Below, in pieces: positions 25,027-38,548 of a DNA stretch of 64,000 nucleotides; position 1 is the stretch's first letter, and the number at the start of each line of letters is the position of its first letter. The stretch spans positions 1,054,001 through 1,118,000 of the forward strand of contig OY253669.1 in assembly GCA_958009085.1 (NCBI GenBank). Direction: 5' to 3'. Under the pieces are notes generated by a model that saw nothing but the letters and a program-made list of their open reading frames with translations, had not been told where the DNA came from and did not search any database. The position numbers and the translations under genes are program-made. The DNA is from Protoeuglena noctilucae. Its lineage: Eukaryota.

Positions 25027-26598
25027 TCAGAGCGCCATGGGCCCGGCGGGTGCGCGGATGACCAAATGCAGGAATCCGTCGGGTGACCCCAGTGTTTGGT
25101 ACAGCCACTGCAGGGGCGCATCGAGCGGCACCGGAACGCCCAGGGTCTCCACGATCGTCCCGTCTTGCAATGGCCCCGCGCCCACAGCGTCAGCCCCCGC
25201 CGCCACCCCCCCGGCGCTCTCGCTCACGGTCGCCACGGTCAGGGCGTCGCTCGGGGCACTCTCCAGGCCCGCCCCGTCGCCCGCGCCCTCGCCGCCGGCC
25301 CCATCGCGACCTGACGCCCGCGCCGCTTCGCCACCCGCCCGTGCCATGCTACTCCACCACGACACCCGGCCCCGCAGCACCGCCTCCACCGTCGTCGGCG
25401 CCCCGTCCGGCCCCGCCACCGGCCAAGGCCGCGACGACACCCGCACCTGCTCCCACCGGCACGTCGCACGAGAGGACGGCTGCTGCGATGCTCCGGCGCC
25501 CCTCTCTGCCTCCCCGGCGTGGCTCGCCGGCTCCGGTTGCTGCACCACATACGTGCGCACGGGGATGCACGGTGGGCGGCCACCCCGGGAGGCCGGGCTC
25601 GAAAGCACCGTGCTCAAGACCTGCTGGATGCGATCCCTGCGAGGGTATGCGTCAGCAAGCAGGTCTTGGGGGGCCAGACAACTCTTGTTGTGCGGAACCA
25701 AGCGCATAACAGCCATTGCAGCACAGGCCGGTGCTGCAGGAAGCACCCGGCTCGGAATGAGCCCGTGACAAACACGTCAGCAAGCGTCCCGAAGCTCCTG
25801 TGCTAGAGGCGCACGAAACGCCAGCGACGCACCGGTCCCACGCCCCGACCCCCGCCACGTAGCGGTCCTGTCTCTCCCCCGGCATGCCCAGCACCGCTTC
25901 CGGCAACTGGCCCAAAATGGCGGAGGCCTCCTTGAGCGAGTTGAACAGGTAGGACTGGACCAGCGATGCCCTGCAACCATCTTTGAGGTGTGCGTTGACA
26001 ACAGGAAAGGACTGCAGGACACAGGACACGCGACACGTTGCATGCCGTCGCTGAGCCCATCGGATGCGCACGCGCAGTCACCGGATGGCCTGCCACGGCC
26101 CCGGGTGGCTCGCGGCCGACGTCGCAGTCCGCGGCCCTCGGATGCGCACCGAGACCTGCCAGGGCCTGCCCTGCGCCGCGTCGTCCCTCGCCAGGATGTC
26201 GTGGAGCACGCCCACGGGCACGTGCCACGGCAGGGTCTGCCCCGCGTACTCGAAACACGGCTCCTGGGTCGCCCCGGGCACCTTGGGCACGATGGGGCCG
26301 AAAAACTCGACCGCCGTCTCTCCCAGGACGGGGAAAACCTGCAGATACCGAGATTATGTGGACGTCCTTTGCTAGGGATGGGACCGGCCGTGGCATCCCG
26401 TGGGCCGGGCCATCCAATAAGGTCTGCGACTCCGCTCCCCCCAGTTCTCACCCAGTGCCACGGCGCGAGGACGAAGAGCGGCCTCGGAGCTTCGAACGCG
26501 CCAATCTCGTCCTTACAGAGCGTGATTTCGAGGGGCACGGCCGCCTCCCAGCATTCCCGGGCAATCGCAGAGTCCGCGGTCGATGAAAGCTGAGCCAT
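25027..26598 (-). CDS. ATG5: Autophagy protein ATG5
   Basis: WEAAVPLEITL, LPWHVPVGVLHDIL, NSLKEA (the ATG12-conjugation Lys region) and PLQWLYQTLGSPDGFLHLVI. Confidence 0.88.
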
Positions 26599-27157
26599 GC
26601 TCGAGACGGGCTCGAGGGGGGCTCCGCGGATCCACGCAGAGACGCGTCTGCGCTGCCTCAGCAGTCACAGCAGATAGCGATGGCCGTGAACGCTCTCCCA
26701 GGCTCAACACTGTCCCACGTGGTGCACGCACGGGTATTGGAAAGCAAACGCACTGAATTTCCTGGTCAACGCAAGCCATCAGTCATGAGAGACGGCTTTG
26801 TCCTTCGCAAGGTGAAGGCAAGGTGAAAACCCGGTGCCAGCGACAGGGCGATTGCAGCACAAGGAGCTCTCCCTTGACCTGCGGGTCTCGCCCGTCCTCG
26901 CGAGCTCCGCGCTTCCACAAACACGCGTGCTTATGTGGAGGGCAAGCTTTTGGAGCTGTTTGTGGACTCACCCGCGCAAGAACAACTGCGTTGTTGAGCA
27001 GGGTCGCTGTGTCTTGCTGAGAACTCTCGCGCCCTGGATACACGCTAGCGCTGCAAACATTGGTGCCGTCGCTTGGCTTGGTGGGCAGGACAACCTTCTG
27101 GGTCGAAGGGGGGAGCGCGGGACCTTGCGGTCCTGTCGCTAGGACGAAGGAGGGCCG

Positions 27158-30100
27158 ATGGCGCACGCCCAGGCTTCTCACGCTCATCCACATAACCACA
27201 ATGCCTTTATCGATCCGCGTCTGTCCCAGACGCTCCCCACACAATCTGCAGGCGCTGCGCAAGCTCCGCCAGGGTCGCCGCATGTAGCGCACCACCCTCA
27301 GCGCGTGCGCGAGGCCGACCTGCAGCGCTCGGTGGGTCCAAACATGCCGTTCGCAGCCGGGGCCACCGATTACAGCAGGCTCCGGCCCGAGGCGGTCTGG
27401 GGCCTCAGGTCCGCCTATCCCATCTCGTCGTGGACGCCCGTCGGGGTCGGCATCTGGGTGGGCGCGTCTCGGGACAAGGGGGGCCTTGGCCTCGCGAGAG
27501 AGGCGCGCATGCTCGAGCACGCGTGCGTCGACGGGCCGCTGCTCCTGGCCCTCGATGACAAAACGCTCCACACCACGACAGGCATCACTGACCCCCCGGT
27601 GCGCTTTTGTGACCCTCACATGCTCTCATATGAGTGACCCTGTGTGTCCTGCTCGTGGGTTGCCGCCTTGCCTGCTGCGCCCCTTGCGCGTTCTTCTCCA
27701 CTCATATCACCATCACATTGCGCTGCCGTGCTTCCCGCAGGCACGGGCCATCATCCTGCAGGGCGTGCAGCTCCTGGTGGTGGAGCAAAAGGGCGGGTTG
27801 CACCCGCAGATGGCGCCCAAACGCGACAGCGACCGCCAGCCCCTACTGCCCGCCGAGTTCCCCACGTGGGCAGGGCGGCTGCGCTCCGCCGCCGATGCCC
27901 CTCCAGTTCCCGCCGCCCCGTCCGCTTACGGGGGCGCGCAGCCGTCTCCCGGGCCGCACGCGGACTCTGCGGCGCACCGCGGCCCTGCGGCGGTTCATGG
28001 TGCAGACTCCGGGGCCCCCGGCGATCGCCAGTCTCTGGACTATCGTGCCGAGGTGGAGCGCATGCTGGCGGCGGCGGCGCAGGGGCACCCCTGGGCGGTG
28101 CGGGAGCGGGACGCCTACTACCGCACCATAAAGCAGAAGAAGGCGTTGGACGACGCCGCCAAGGACGCCGTGCGGGTGCTGGAGCTCAAGGCCCAGGTGG
28201 GGACGGCTGCACAGGCGCAGTGGCAGAGAACAGATGGCATGTTGCATGCAGTAACGAGCGTCAGCCCTGAGACACGTGCACTTCGGCCATTGCCAGATGT
28301 CAGTAGCACTATCATGTGGTACCATGTTGTAGCTCAACTGTCAGTCATAGCTTGCCTTGCTCGCAGCTGGAGGAGGCAGAGGCGAAGGTCCGCCTGACCC
28401 ATCGAGCTGGGGCGGCCGTGGAGCTCCCCCCAGAGGGCATCCTGCACGCGGCGCGCCAGGCGAAGGACGGGGTATACGGTGCGGTCGGGCATGGGCAGAG
28501 GGAGTCTCGGTACGTCTCCCATGAGGCCGTGCGGTTGAGGGAGGGCGCTGGTCGTGCCGTGGGCCTCGATAACCGGGGCAGGAGGGTGGCAAATGCGGGG
28601 ACCAGGTGGGCGCCAGGCATCGTAGCTCACGCAGAGTCATTTGAGTTCACGGACACTGATGTCTGATGCGCACTTCCAAACTGCGGTCTGCGCAGGCCGG
28701 ACGGGCAGGACGGGCGGTGGCCGGCGGAAGAGCGGGAGAAGCGCGCGCGGATGCGGGCCGTGGCGGCGGCGCAGGCGCGGCTGCGGCGGCAGGCGGCCCA
28801 ACAGGAGCGGGCGGCCGCGCCTCGGTGGGACCCCCGGCACCACCTGGTGGGAGAGTCGGTGTCTCGCATCCAGCGACTCGTGCTGCAGGCGGATCGCGAG
28901 GCGAGGGCCGAAGCCACGGACGCCCGGGCTCCGATCCCCGCAAACGCCGACCCCCACGCCACCCGCCCCACCGGCGGCCCCTCCGCCCCCGTGGCATCCG
29001 CCCGCGGCAACACGGCGCTGCACGAGGCAGCCGCGTCGGGGTCTGCGGCCGAGACGCTCGCGGCGCTGCATCCCGACGCCGTCCTCACCCACCTGCTCTC
29101 TGCGGGGGCCGTGTACCCTGGGTCCCTGGGCCTGGGGGTGCCGCGAGGGTGGGCGGCCCCGTCCGCGTTCGGGCGCTCGCAGGGCCTCCTGTCCCGCCCG
29201 CGGCCACCCTTCCTCAACTACATGGTCATGCTGCGAGGCGCTTTGCGCCGCATGGGCTTCCCGGTTGCGAGCTCGGGCAAGGGAGGTGAGGAACCGCTGT
29301 GACAATTACAGAACTGGCAGCCATGAAATAATCTAGAGTGGCGGCCTTGGTTCCACCTGTAGTTTCAGCAATGCATCCTTCACTATGGCCCTTTGCCGCA
29401 GCCAAGGGCGGTGCGGATGGGCGCGTGGAGGTGGACGTGAACGTGCGCAACAAGGCGGGCCAGACGCCGCTGCTGCGGGTGGTGGCGACGAGCACCCTGG
29501 GAGAGAGGACGGTCCCCGTGGTGCGGCTGCTGCTCTGGGTCGGCGCCGACCCCAACCTTTCCGACCACCGCGGCGTCACGCCCCTCATGGCTGCCGTCCG
29601 CGCGCCCTCCCCGAGCCAAGAGGTGTTCGCCGCCCTGCTCGAGGCCGGCGCCTCGCCCAACGCCAAGGACGCGCGGGGTGACACGGTGGCCCACCTCCTG
29701 GCCGCATGCGCCCACCCGCGCGCCTTGGCCATGCTCGAGAGCGCAGTGGCGTTCTTCGAGGATCCCAGTGCCAAGAGCCAAGGGCTGGCATCGGACGTGC
29801 GCCTGGACCTCAACGCCCGCAACGCGGCCGGCCTCTCGCCCCTCCACGTCGCCGTCTCATCGTGGGCCAACGCCCTGCACCTGTCCCCCGCCGCGCCCCA
29901 GCGCAGGGCCGCGCGGCGGGCAGGCGGGGTTGATGCGGCGGCGGACGAGAGCGACGGACCCGCGCAGGGCGACACGCGGCCTCCCTGGGGCGCCAGCCCA
30001 TCCGGGCGCGTGTACTGGCGCGAGCGGATGCGCCCCGCCAGCGGTCGCACACCCTCCGACCCCTTTCACCCTCCCGGGGCGGACGAGGTGGTCGCCGCGG

Positions 30101-31895
30101 ATCGAAGCGTGCAGGACGTTAACGTCAAGCCGCCGGCATCCCCCGCCGGCCACCATGCAGGTGCCCCGTCGCCCCTGGAGCGTGCTGCGGCGATGGCGGG
30201 GGTGGCAACGAGCACGGGAACCCCTGCGCCGCACAGCCTGGAGCCGAGGGACCGCACTGCGGAGGCGGAGGTGGCCCGCTCGTCCCCGCTGCGGGGGGTG
30301 TCGCCCCTGCACCTGACGCGCCGTGCACGGTCACCCAACCCCGGCTCACCCTCCCGCGGGGCCAGCGCCCACGCGACGCCGTCCGCGTCGCCGGAGCGGG
30401 GAGCACGCGGCGCAGAGCCGCGGAGTCCGAGGCGCGCCAAGGAGGTGCCCCTGGCAGTATTCGTGGTCCGTGCTTTGATCCGGGGGGGCGCCAACGTCAA
30501 CGCCCTGACGGGCGCGGCGGGTGCCAAGCCCGGGGACGCTAACGCGCGCGTGTCTATGGACTCCCGGGCCCCGCCAGGCGTAAGCCCCGGCGCACACCGC
30601 ACGTCCGCCGGGGCGTCGGCGACGGCCCCAGGGCCACCGGGCATGACGGCGGTGCACCTGGCGCTGCGCATGCTGCTGGAGATGGTCAACAAGGCGGTGC
30701 TCCTGCAGCAGACCGGGGCAGTGGAGCTCGACCCCGGGTGAGCTGCCGGCCACGACCGCGCTGTTGTGCTTGCTAGTGCCCCTCACAGCACGAGGCTTGC
30801 CTTGCCATGGAGTGCCCCTCTGTATGTCGTCACATCCGCCCTCTCTCTGCAGTGTGGGCCGGTCGTCCCAGAGCCTCATCAAGGCAGGCTCCCGGGTGTG
30901 CCGGGACTTGCTCCTCGAGCTGAGGACCCATGGCGCCGATTTCCACAAGTTCCTCCCCGGGGAGTCGAACTACCACCCCATCCACATGGCGGCCATGACG
31001 GGGTGAGAGCGGGCGCTGGGGCAACCTTGCGGAGGGTGCTCATCCACTCTTACGTGACGTGGTGGTGTGCTCAGAGGAACCCTGAGTTATGCCAATACGT
31101 CTTTCGTCATCGCAGGTCGCCCGCTGTCATCAGGGCGGTGGCAGGGCCCGAGTTCCGCGCCATCATGGTCTCTGAGAAGAAAGGCGACCTCGCCACGCAC
31201 GTCGCCGCGCGCCGGGTGGCGTTTGACCCCGTGCGCTACAAGGCGGCTCTCGGTGGGGCGCTGGCACGCTCCAACACTGCAGACCGTGTGTTGCATGATC
31301 CACAGGCACTGCCTTGCTTGTGTGGGCTGTAACTGTGGCGCTCGTGTGTACCATGTGTTGCATGACGCACCGGCACTGCCTTGCCCGTGCGGGTGGCATT
31401 GCGCCCCGTCTTTGGCGACACAGGGCAGTGACCCCTGCGCTATCTGACATCATATGGTATGTAAAGGCAGTCCACCACCCGTGTCCTGTGGCGCAGTGTG
31501 CCTCCTGAGGCTGGGCATTCCCATCGATGTCAAGGGCGCAGATGGGGACACCGTCAAGACCATCCTCAAGTGAGTGACTCATGAGTGACCCATGGACACT
31601 GCACTGGCCAACCTTGGACTTTCTAGCTGTTGTCATCCTCAGCCAGTTCGAGCAACACAATTGGACATATAAAGACCCCACCTGGTGAAGACCCCGCACA
31701 TGTAACTGCGCCCCCAGGAGGAGCGGGGCGGACGTGATATGGGAGGAGGTCAAGCGGGAGGCGGAGGCGGCGAGGAAGGACGAGGCTGCTGCGACGCAGG
31801 CACAGTCTCGGGCGCAGGGCGCGACGCCCTCTCCTTCCAGCCACCCACCGCCGCAGCACCAGCCTTCGGATTTCGGACACTGGCTGCGCGGCTGA
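27158..31895 (+). CDS. SAM-domain plus ankyrin-repeat protein
   Basis: SAM-like WTPVGVGIWV...LGL...VDGPLLLALDDKTL..TGITDP.ARAIILQGV. Ankyrin motifs GNTALHEAA, GQTPLL, GVTPLMAA, GDTVAHLL, GLSPLHVA and GMTAVHLA. Confidence 0.75.
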
Positions 31896-32429
31896 CGTCG
31901 TTTCGCGGCAATTCACGGGGATGAGCAGCCGCTATACTTGAACGCAAAGGGGGTGATAGGGAGTGATATATATTGTTGTCAGAGTTAGGCAAGGGCAAGT
32001 GCAAGGTCTACATTCTGACGGACGTTTCCAGCCCCAAGGCCGTGCGTAGCCCACGCAGCTCCGATGCTCGGGTCGGCTGGGGCAACGTCAAACCGTCGCT
32101 GGGTTCACGACTTATCGACTTGTTGAGACGACAGACAGCAGGGAGGGCAGGCGCCATGCCGCGCACCCACCGCTGCTCAGCGCGAGCTCGCCGGCCCCGA
32201 CGCAGCTGCTAGGAAGGAGGCACGCCGGCCCAGGGACCGTGTTTCTTACAGGACCTGGCGTGCCTCTGACGTGCTTCGGGCCCCGGCGAGCGCTTGCTGG
32301 TGCCGCGCAGGAGGCGGCGCGTGGGGAACTGGGAAGGAGCGACTCGACTCGGCTGCCTGCGTCGGTTCGGCCCTCCGTGACTGCCGCAATCGCTGCCAGT
32401 CACTGCCAGTCTCTGCCAGACCTGCCGTG

Positions 32430-34488
32430 TCATTCGTCGAAGTCGTCGCCAAAGTCGTCGTCCATCATGTCCACCTCCGCCTTGGGCGCCTTGGTCGCCT
32501 CCTCGATGATCTTCTTGATCTCCTCGGGGTCCTGCGATGCCAGTGAACAACACAGCGATTGCCATACATGCTACTCTGGGTCCTGCCAAGGCGATGGGCA
32601 GCGCGGCGACATGCGCAGCCGAGGCGACATCGACGGTGCCTGCCGGACGTGCCGGCGCAGGGGCATGTGTTGGCGCCCTGCGTTGCGTTACACAGCGCCG
32701 AGGCCCCGCCGGCCCCGCCCCTCACCTGCATGTCCGCTGGGACGTCGTCCGCATCCTCGGACGCTGTGCTCTTCTTCTTGCGCAGGCGAGAGGTGAGCTT
32801 CGACAGCCAGCCCCCGCGCTTGGCGCCCTTGCCCTCGATCTCGTCTGCGACGGCGTGCGGGACTGGCGGTGGCGGCGGCGGCGCGGTCGAGGGCGCAGGG
32901 AGGGCGAACGCCTCGCAGCCGCAGCCCACACGGCCCGGGATGGCCCCGCGGCCTCCGCTGCGCGAGATTCACCTGCCACCTCCTGCGGCAGGTCCTTCTT
33001 GTAGAACGGGTGCTTGAAGATCTCCGGCACGGTGATCCTGCGGCGACGCAGAGCCACAGGCGTCTTTCTGCCATGGCCCGTAGGATCGCCACAGGCTCGA
33101 GACTTGAGAAAAATTCTCTCAGCAAGCAGTTCCTCGCCTGGCCTCCGGATCAGCCACGAGCATCTTCTTCATCAGGTCGATGCACGGGGGCGAGAGGGAG
33201 ATGCTTGGAGGGATGGTGTACTGCACGTTGATGATGCGCTGGAGGGTCTTCTGGAAGTTCTTCGGGTCCTGGGGATCCTCAAAGGGGTACCTGCGGGCCG
33301 AGTCGACGCGACGCGGTGCCCGCGCAGCCACTGGGCGGCTCGCACGCCTTGCCAGCCCGGTCGCCCGTCACCTCCCGCAGAGCATGACGTAGAGGGTCAC
33401 GCCCGCGGACCACACGTCCGCCGGCTCCCCCGCGTACTCGGTGCGCAGCAGCACCTCCGGCGCGATGTAGGCTGGCGTGCCCACGGTCGAGTTGGGCGCC
33501 GACTGCATGACCGCGTTCTTCGAGTAGCCGAAGTCTGCGATCTTCACGTGCGGGCGGTCGCCGGGCGCGTCGAGGAGGATGTTCTCCAGTTTGAGGTCCC
33601 TGCGGGGGAGCGGAGGGGCAGGGGCCGGTCACATGCCGCTCTGCAGGGGGTCGGGTGTGGCGTCACAAGCCCGGGCACCCCGGCCCTCGCCTGTGGCAGA
33701 CCCCCTGCTTGTGACAGTGGTACAAACCGACGATGATCTGCTGGAAATACCAGCGCGCGTCGGCCTCGCTGAGGTGCTGCGGAAAAAGCGAGCTGGCGGG
33801 TCGTGACCCTCGCCGTGCGCTACGCCAGGCCGGCCAACGCCCCGCTCGCGAGGCGCGTCGAGACGAGGCATCCACACGCGCCCTTGCGACCTGCCTTGGC
33901 GCTCCGGACGCGCTTGAAGAGCTCGCCGCCCTCGGCGAATTCCATCACGATGCACAGGTCCGTCTTGGTGACGTACACCTCTCGGAAGCTCACGACGTTG
34001 GGGTGCTGGAGCGTCCTGCGGAGCACGGCGCCGGACCGGGGGATGAGGGCGGGACTGCGGGCCGTGCTTCCGGCATGTGCGCTTGTGCCGTCCCCGCCGC
34101 CCCAGCGGCCGGTTGGCGAGGACCGACGCCAGGACAGCGACGTCTGTGGTACATGGAGCGTCCGGACCACGCCGACGCGTCCCCGGGGGCGGCCCGCGAG
34201 CCTCGCCTGTGGTTCAGAATTTCACGCTCGACATGCCTCGTTATCTGCGATCCCCGGGGCAGGAACTTGATGGCCACCTGCTCCCCAGTGAGCTTGTCCT
34301 TGGCGAGCATCGCTTGGCCGAAGTTCCCCTTCCCCAGCTCGCGGATGAGCTCGTACTGCGGGCCATGGTGGCGGGGGGGCCAGCGTGTCGGCCAGCGATA
34401 CACGATGCGGTGCACTGACGATCAAATCGCGTGCAGCGGGGCATCGCACCCGGGCCTCGCCCTTGAGCTCCTTCCCCGAGTCCGCCAT
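32430..34488 (-). CDS. SnRK2: SnRK2-family Ser/Thr kinase, 9 exons
   Basis: [31 protein letters not shown] and [14 protein letters not shown]. SnRK2 box [13 protein letters not shown] and an acidic tail. Confidence 0.92.
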
Positions 34489-34895
34489 GGTCGCGCGCCG
34501 TCTCCGCGGCCAGGACCGTCCGAGGGGATACTAATCGCTCTTCGCTAGCTTGGCAGAGTCTCACGTAGTTTCGTCCGCGAGAAACGGGGTTCGTGCTGAA
34601 AACGACAGATAGGGAAAGAGAGGCTGGCGCAAGCACACAAAATCGTTACTAGGATTGCCGGGTGGAAGCGGTTCCCCGGGACACACTTCGGCCGTCGGAC
34701 GGGTTCAGTACCCTACTGGCAAAATCGAGCTTTACTTCATCTCCTCATCCTGGCCTCCCCGCGTGTTGCCATCGCGCTATTGAAGGGGCGGGGCGTGGGG
34801 GTGCGAGCGGGGTTGCACCCCCATTTCAACCTAGGGTGCCGTCGAACCCCTCCTGCTGCTTGTTCCCACCCCTCCTTCCAACAAAGCGCACTGTC

Positions 34896-36256
34896 ATGTC
34901 GCGGCGTGGCCATGACGCGAGCGTGGTTTCCTGGGGCTCCCTCGCGGCCCTGGTGCTGCTGACGTTCCAGACGTCGGCGACGAACCTGGCCGTGAAGGCG
35001 TCTCGGCTGCACCCGGCGCGGGCGGCCGATGGCGCCGAGATCCCCTACGCCGTGGGGACCACGGTCGTCTTGCCGGAGATCGTGAAGATGGCCGTGGCTC
35101 TCCTGCTCAGCTGGGCCACCCAGCCTGCCGGGCCGGCCAGCAAGCGCTCGACCCGATCCCTGGCCCAGCGCGCCGTCTCTCTCTGGCCCGTCGTCGTGCC
35201 CGCGCTCGCATACACCGTCCAGAACATCCTCGCAATCACGGGGTCCGGCAGGATGCCATCCGCAGGCAAGCAAGGCAGCACGGGGCCACGACACGCTCGC
35301 TCTGTTTGTGGGTGGTCCAGCGCCCCTGCCCCTGCCGCTGCCGGGCGCAACCCACCCGTCATGGCACCTCTCGGGCTCGCAGTGGCTCAGTCTATCCTGC
35401 AGCTGAAGATTCTGACATCCGCGTCCTTCTCCCGTCTCATGCTCGGCAAGCGCATCTCGGCAGTCCAGTGGCTGTCCCTCGTCGGCCTCGTCGGTGGCGT
35501 CGCGATGGTCACCAGCTCGGGTGGCCTCTCCTTGCGCGCGGTGAGGGCTTGAGTGCTATGCGCAACAGGCGCCGTGGGTTGCAAATCGCGGGCTCCCAAT
35601 CAGCGTTGTCTGCCCGCCCGCTTGCAGGTGGGGCCGTGGCAGGCGGCCGCCTCGGGCGCCTTGCTCCTGCTCGGCGCTGCGCTGCTTTCCGGGTTTGCGG
35701 GCGCGTGGACCGAGCGCCTCTTGAAGCAGGCCGTGGGGCCTGAGGAGGAGTCTTGGTGGGCCAAGAACGCGAGACTCTCCGCGATGTCCGTCCCCCTGGC
35801 GCTGTTATGCACGCTCGTGGTCGACCTGCAACACCTGCGGAGGTCGGGCTTCTTCAGCGGCTACACGGCCTGGACCTGGGCGGTCGTGGCGCTCCAGGTG
35901 CCGTGCTGGTCGCTGCCAGAGCATGCTAGGCTCATCAGCACAGGCGACACGTGCCCTGCTCGCGTCTCCCCACCGACAGCAGTCGACCAACGCTCATCCC
36001 GCAGGCTGCTGCGGGGCTCCTGACGGCCGTGGTCATTCGGCGCACCAACCAAATCGTGAAGAACTTCGCGTCAGCGGGGGCCGTGGTCGTGACCCTCATC
36101 GCGGCCCATGTGGCGTTTGGTGACCCCATCACCGCGGCGAACAACGTGGGTGTGGCTATCGTCGCCGCGGCCACGCTGGGGTGCGGGTTTGGAGGGGCGC
36201 CGCAAACACGGGCAGGGTTGACATCCGGCGATGCGAAGGATAGGAAAGGGCGGTAG
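34896..36256 (+). CDS. SLC35A-type nucleotide-sugar transporter (CMP-sialic acid/UDP-Gal family)
   Basis: VPALAYTVQN, QLKILTSASFSRLMLGKRISAVQW, SGFAGAWTERLLK, GFFSGYT and IVKNFA. Confidence 0.85.
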
Positions 36257-36342
36257 CGAGCACGCGGCTTGGTGCATAGCGTGGCATATCGTAGCATAGC
36301 GAGAATGCAGAGACAGTGGGCATGCGGCTTCATGGGTCGAGG

Positions 36343-38259
36343 TCAGTGGCCCTGAGCGGCCGCGGCCATGATGTTGGCAAGCGCCCGTGGGATGGACGTG
36401 ATGCTGGGGTTGTCACGGAGGACGAGACGGCCCATGACGGACTGTGCGACGGGCAACAAGGTGCGTGGGTGGGCGCGCGGGTGGGGCGGGCGTCGCTGCG
36501 ACGCGTGCGGTGCGGAGTGCGATGCGCGCCACCTCGCCTGAAGGGCCTGCAGGGCGGTGAGGTCGGCCAAGAGGGGGTCGCCGGCGATGGTGAGGTCGCC
36601 ATTCACGATCTGCAGCCTGCCGAGGCCGTCCAGGGACGTGATGGAGTCGTTGTTGGAGACGGAGAGGTTGCCACGGACGGCCACGAGGTTCGCCAGGCCC
36701 CCAAGGGTGCGCAGGCCGGGGCAGAAGGCAACGGTCAGGCTGCCACCCACTTCGTGCACGTCAGACATGGTCGCGAGGGACGTGAGGGCGATGAGGCCCT
36801 GGATGCTCACGCTGCCGGGGACGCGGTTGCTGAATGGGACGCTGTCGAGGTTCTGCGGATGCGTGGGGTCGAGATGGGGTGGCCGGGGCTGTAGCTAGCA
36901 AGGACATGGACGACTAGTGTAGTATGGTCCGCCGCACCTTGATCTTCCAATTGAACCCCACCAGAGCCACGGAGCCGCCGACTTGCAGCGCCGGGCTGAG
37001 GCCCTGGAACGTGCGAAGGGCGACGTTCTGTGCTGCAATGAAGTCGCCTGCTACGGATGTCAGGGACCCCATTCCCTGCAGCGTCTCCAGCGCGGTGTCC
37101 TTGATCACCAGGTCGCCTGCAAGCAACGGTTGAGCAGCTGTGTCGGGTGCAGCACAGGTGGGTGCTGCGACGGGGACCATCAAAGCACCCGGCGTGGGGT
37201 GCTGCGCCGCGCATGGCGTCAGCAGACGCGCCTTGGATGCGAGTGGGCCCGAATCCCGTCATGTCCTGCAACCCCACGCCTTCGCTGAGTAGCTTAATGC
37301 CGTCGCCCACCACCACCACGCTGCCATTCACGACCTGCACGGCACCGATGCCCGTCTCGCGAAGACTCTCCCACGCACCCGTGTCATTGATCACCACGTG
37401 GGCATCCACTGTCCCTGCAAACGCGATGCAGGAAGGCAATGTGCGCTGCAAAGTGTTGTGCGCCCTGGTGGAGCCGGCAATGTTAGACTAACACCATTCA
37501 GAGAGCAAGGGCGCCATTGCTTTGCACCTGACGCTGGCACGAGAGCCTTCACGGCCTGCACCGTCCAAGTGGCTGGGGCACCCAGCGATGTGGCGAGGTC
37601 CACCGCCTTTTGCTGCTGCCCCGAGGCGCAGACGACCAGCACGCGCGTCTGGCCCGAGGGCAGGGAGCGGAGCAGAGGCCGGGCGTCATCTCTGAGGCCG
37701 GGGACGGGGACCTGTCCCGGAGAGGAGGTGGGAGCCGCTGCAGGGCGCGCATCCAGGTACCCCGAGGTGAAGGTCGTGGGGGAAGCCCCGATCCAGGGGC
37801 GTGGCTGCGCTGACAATCCCCGGTTCTTCAGCCAGCATTGCTGGAAGGGAAACACGACCCCTGCGCAGGAGTGCGAAAGAGCTGGGGTCTTGGATAGGCG
37901 CACAGGTTCGCTGGAGTGCGACGCTGCACGGCTCCCAGCGGCGCTCGTCACCGAATCCGTTGTCGCAGCCTGTTGTCATGCCGCAGTAAACCCAGACGTC
38001 ACAGGATGGCGCGGCCTGGCATGATTGGCAGCACGCGGGCGCAGAGGGCTGCTGGTTGCTCTCCCCTGCGGGCGTGGAGTACCCGGTTCCGGCGACGAGA
38101 GGAAGATGCACAACGCGGAGACAACATGCGAACACACCACCCACCGCTGAGGACGATATCACCCCGCAGATTCGTCGCATCGAGCGTCCCCGAGCCGCAG
38201 GTGCTGGCTGCCACGGCCGTGAGCAACGGGAGGGAGATGAGGAGGGGAAGCACAGACAT
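36343..38259 (-). CDS. Secreted protein: signal peptide, PAN/Apple domain, receptor L-domain repeats
   Basis: Hydrophobic N-terminus, then ACCQSCQAAPSCDVWVYC...CWLK...FTSG. Repeats of LxxLxxVxGxLxIxxNxxLxxL. Confidence 0.75.
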
Positions 38260-38323
38260 GATCAGCGTTTCGCAAGAGAAGAGCGATGAGTGCCACCGAT
38301 TCGTGCAGGGGACGACAAGCGCG

Positions 38324-38331
38324 TATAAATA
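38324..38331. promoter_or_regulatory. TATA-like element in a short divergent intergenic region
   Basis: TATAAATA (TATTTATA on the minus strand) lies in GC-rich DNA between head-to-head genes starting at 38259 and 38549. Confidence 0.35.
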
Positions 38332-38548
38332 CTTGCCTGCGCTTTTCTGACACCACTTGAGCAGTATTTCCGTAACGCCCTCGCCCCCTCGCGGTCGACT
38401 GCGTTGCGCGCCGGTACTCCGGCCTCGCCCGTGATCGAGACGCGTCCACAGACGCGGACATCCCGCCTGCGGGCACCTGTTTTGCCGGTCTGGGGACGCC
38501 ACGATGCTGTCCGTGGTGTCTGCGCTCGGCCGGTTAGGCCTGGGGTGG

